Shown here piece after piece: positions 60,861 to 64,000 of a stretch of 64,000 nucleotides of DNA; within the stretch, counting starts at the first letter, position 1; the number at the start of each line of letters is the position of its first letter. Source of the DNA: the human T2T-CHM13v2.0 reference genome, Homo sapiens; assembly GCF_009914755.1 (NCBI RefSeq), contig NC_060932.1, one strand, 5' to 3'. Position numbers and translations under genes: made by a program. Under the pieces are notes generated by a model. The model had not been told where the DNA came from. It ran no database searches and saw only the letters and a list, made by a program, of their open reading frames with translations.

Positions 60861-62673
60861 AACAGATTAATTTAAACTCTTCTTCCAAGTTCACAGTGAT
60901 AGGTTTTGACCTGTAGCTGCTACTAGTGATTTGCATTGGCAACTGTGGTGTCTAGATTAGGTTTTGGCACTTTAGGACTCCACTCTCTTGTTTGTTAAAA
61001 ACAAAACAAAACAAAACAAAAAAAAACTTGAATGGAAGCATAGACCATAATGAAGTACCACCCTCGTGTGACTTTAATTTCACAGTGGCCTATGAAAATT
61101 TATAGAAATTTGGCTTCATTTCTAGTGGCTCCAATCCGGATGCCAAAATTGCCCTATTGTTGCGACATCCCTTGAGTGGACTATCGAACCTGTTATTCAT
61201 TAGGAGCAGCTGCAAACCATCAGCCAAGTTCCCATACTATGCCAACAATAACGCCAGTCAAATTTCAAGGTAACTCCAGGTTTCAGAAATGTATGAATCT
61301 CAAAATCTGTCTAGCCAAACTCTTATTTGTATTTTTATGTATGCATATTATATGAAAAAAGCTGGTGGTTTCCTTAGTTTCCATAATTATACATTGCTTC
61401 TTTTAGACTATAAATTGAGTTCTCAGTGTTGGTGAAGGCATACCTATAGATCTTAGCCAATCACTTTAAAGTGAAAATAGAAATTCAGTCTGGATCATGG
61501 TACCAGGGGTAGCCAGCCCAAAGGGCCCATTATGATGAGGCCTATATTGAAAGCAAAAATTCTTGCATACCTGTAGTGCATTTTAAAAGGATTTTCCAAG
61601 TAACAGTTAACATTTGTTAAGCTTTCAGAAAAACTTATTTCTCTAGTTTTTAATATTAAGGAAATATGGAAATATATGTTGATACTTTGTTTTTTACTGA
61701 CATACTTCATGACTGCATGGCTAAAGCCACAAAACACTAGGCACTTACCACTTTCTTTCTTTTAGATATATTTAGCCACTGCATCTGGCCTTTGTTGCCA
61801 AATATTTTTTCCCTTTTACTCTAACTACTCCATCAATTTGGATCTTTAATGGTCAGGCAAATTTTGAATGATTTCTTGGAAGATGTGAAACCCTGTTCCC
61901 TAATCAGGAAAATGTGGGCAAGTCTTATGGTATGAGAAAAGAAGGGACATCTCTTCTAACAAAGACAACAGGATTATAGCGCCATTACACAACATCTTCA
62001 AAGTTTTTATTTGAAAAATAATGATGTGTTTGGTGATGAACAAGTACCGTAAATGGGAAGCATGGGAAGTTTCCACTCTTTAAGAATGTTTCTATGCAAA
62101 GGAGGAAGGAAAGCTTACTTTTTGTGGTTCTTCAGAGAGATTACATTAACCATTTGTTGAAAGTTTCATTTATGAACAACATTGGCTTCTAAGAGTATTC
62201 TTCACACACTGGCATCCTTTGTATGATGTTGTTGTAGGTTGTTTAGCAACATATCAAAATAGTTATATAAAAAGATTAATATGTGTTTCATTAATCCTAA
62301 GGAGAGCTTTCTGAAATTCATTTTTAAAAATAAATGATTAGCATCATTCTTTGAAATTTGTGACTTCTGAGGGTGGGAAAGAATTAAAAAAGAAGCTATC
62401 TTTTCAAGCAGTTTGTGATTTAATACCAGCTGGTCAAGTGAGTTGAAAAACCTTATGATTTTTATGTTATATTATTTTGAATGCCTTTTCACTCTCTTGG
62501 GAAGTTGGCTAACCCCACAGTCCTTTTCCCATGGTAAATGGCTCTAAAACTTTGATCTTCTTATACCAGTTTGCCAGATGTAGCAGAAAGAGCATGTATG
62601 TGACCTTTCCTGTGCCAATTCAACCCAGCTGATGGGAAACTGTAAGTTAATCTTGCATGACTTTTATTTCTAG

Positions 62674-62881
62674 GCATTACAGCAGAAGTTCTGGTGGTGA
62701 CCTCTTTCGATGAACTGCAGAGAAGGGCCTCAGAAGCAAGAGGGAAGATTGTTGTTTATAACCAACCTTACATCAACTACTCAAGGACGGTGCAATACCG
62801 AACGCAGGGGGCGGTGGAAGCTGCCAAGGTGGGGGCTTTGGCATCTCTCATTCGATCCGTGGCCTCCTTCTCCATCTACAG
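62674..62881 (+). CDS. CPQ: CPQ second coding exon (208 nt, aa 145-214), protease-associated-like region
   Basis: Acceptor cttttatttctag|GC completes the phase-1 Gly codon. Reads GITAEVLVVTSFDELQRRASEARGKIVVYNQPYINYSRTVQYRTQGAVEAAKVGALASLIRSVASFSIY; NYS sequon at N179; donor TACAG|gtttgt after 62881. Confidence 0.96.
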
Positions 62882-63299
62882 GTTTGTCACAATGTTCATT
62901 TGAATTCCTTTCAAAAACAAGGGTTTTCCGTGAAGGAAAAGTCCTTATGAAGTAAAAACAAACCATTCAAATGAAAATACTTATTGTTCATGGAGTTTCC
63001 CCCCCAAACACACACACCCATTCCACATTTGGTCATTTGTTTGTAATATCTTCTTTGGCTTTTCTGGATTCCAAGCATCACTTGTGCATTCCTTTAAAAA
63101 GCTTTAAGGCTTTTCACATCCACAGTGATCCCATTACATTCCTTATATAACTAATATATTATGTATTTTCATTGGAGGAAGAACTGCGTTCATGTCTGCA
63201 TTTCATCAAAGATTCCTAATGACTTCAGAGGGAGCCAGCCTGTTTTCCATGTTGCTAGAGAAGTGGAGTAAAAAGAGAGTGGGTGACATGATGGGGGCC

Positions 63300-63560
63300 A
63301 TCTATGGTATAGTGAAGAGTTAGGGAATTAGAGGAACTTGGATACAGACTTGGCTCTGCTCCCAAACAACTAGGTGGTCTTAGGAATGTTTCTTAAACTT
63401 CTCTAGGCCTCATAATTTTCTTCTGTTAACCAGGGGTAAAGAATAATAATAAATGTACAAAATAATTTTGAGATTAAATGAGGTCAACTTGAAAAAGATA
63501 CTTAATTATCTGTAAATGATTATCTACAAAGGTCCATATAAATATTTGGTAATATTGTTT
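63300..63560 (+). mobile_element. MIR
   Basis: atggtatagtgaagag...tggctctgct...cttaaacttctctaggcctca...gagattaaatgagg. Confidence 0.7.
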
Positions 63561-64000
63561 GAGAGTAACATAGGACTTGTCTTTTTCTTTGTAGTTTTGA
63601 TTGAGGTAATGCCAAATAACTTTATTGGCCCTCAGTCCTAGGATGAAATTCAGTATTACAGTGGATAAAAAGTCTAAAAACTGAGATGTAGATGTTCAGC
63701 CTAGTTTAATAGCTATTATGGCAGTGTCATACGTTAAGGATAAAATATTTGAGAAACATGGGGAAAAGAAGCATAACTTTAGTGTGATAGCCTGGCCTAA
63801 GATTTTTTTAAAATGCAAAAATAATAGCAGATAGGGTTTATTTGGGTCTCCGGATTGGATTTTTAATATCTATTGGAAAGGGAAGTTTATTTATTCTGCA
63901 CAATTGCTATTTGGAACTGGAGACACAGCTGCTTGACCTTAATTAGCACCCTACACCCCTGAAAATAAAAATAACTGGGGAACATATGTCAGCAGCTAGG

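Noticed and set aside
62694-62903. ORF-track 69-aa protein starting MVTSF
   Set aside because: It is the internal CPQ exon with a spurious GTG start and read-through past the donor.

Overview
Primate (very probably human) genomic DNA from inside the CPQ gene (carboxypeptidase Q / plasma glutamate carboxypeptidase, peptidase family M28) on the + strand. The window holds the end of an upstream intron, the first coding exon (12576-13042, ATG at 12610), a 49,631-bp intron (13043-62673) and the next coding exon (62674-62881). Almost everything else is AT-rich, CpG-depleted intron filled with transposable-element fossils: Alus, MIRs, L1 and L2 fragments, two full-length MaLR proviruses (MST-type and THE1B-type), solo LTRs, a near-full-length Tigger1, a near-full-length HSMAR2 and hAT-Charlie elements. 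I found no convincing new multi-gene system. The most notable unexplained signals are: (1) four DUX4-consensus motifs in tandem antisense THE1 LTRs; (2) a predicted exon-2 circular-RNA ORF whose stop overlaps its own start (ATGA); (3) two templated local insertions inside old TEs; (4) a trimeric Alu with one TSD next to an inverted AluJ; (5) a possible poison exon; (6) a small multi-stem inverted-repeat structure. Repeat subfamily calls and boundaries of old repeats were made by eye from remembered consensus sequences and are approximate.
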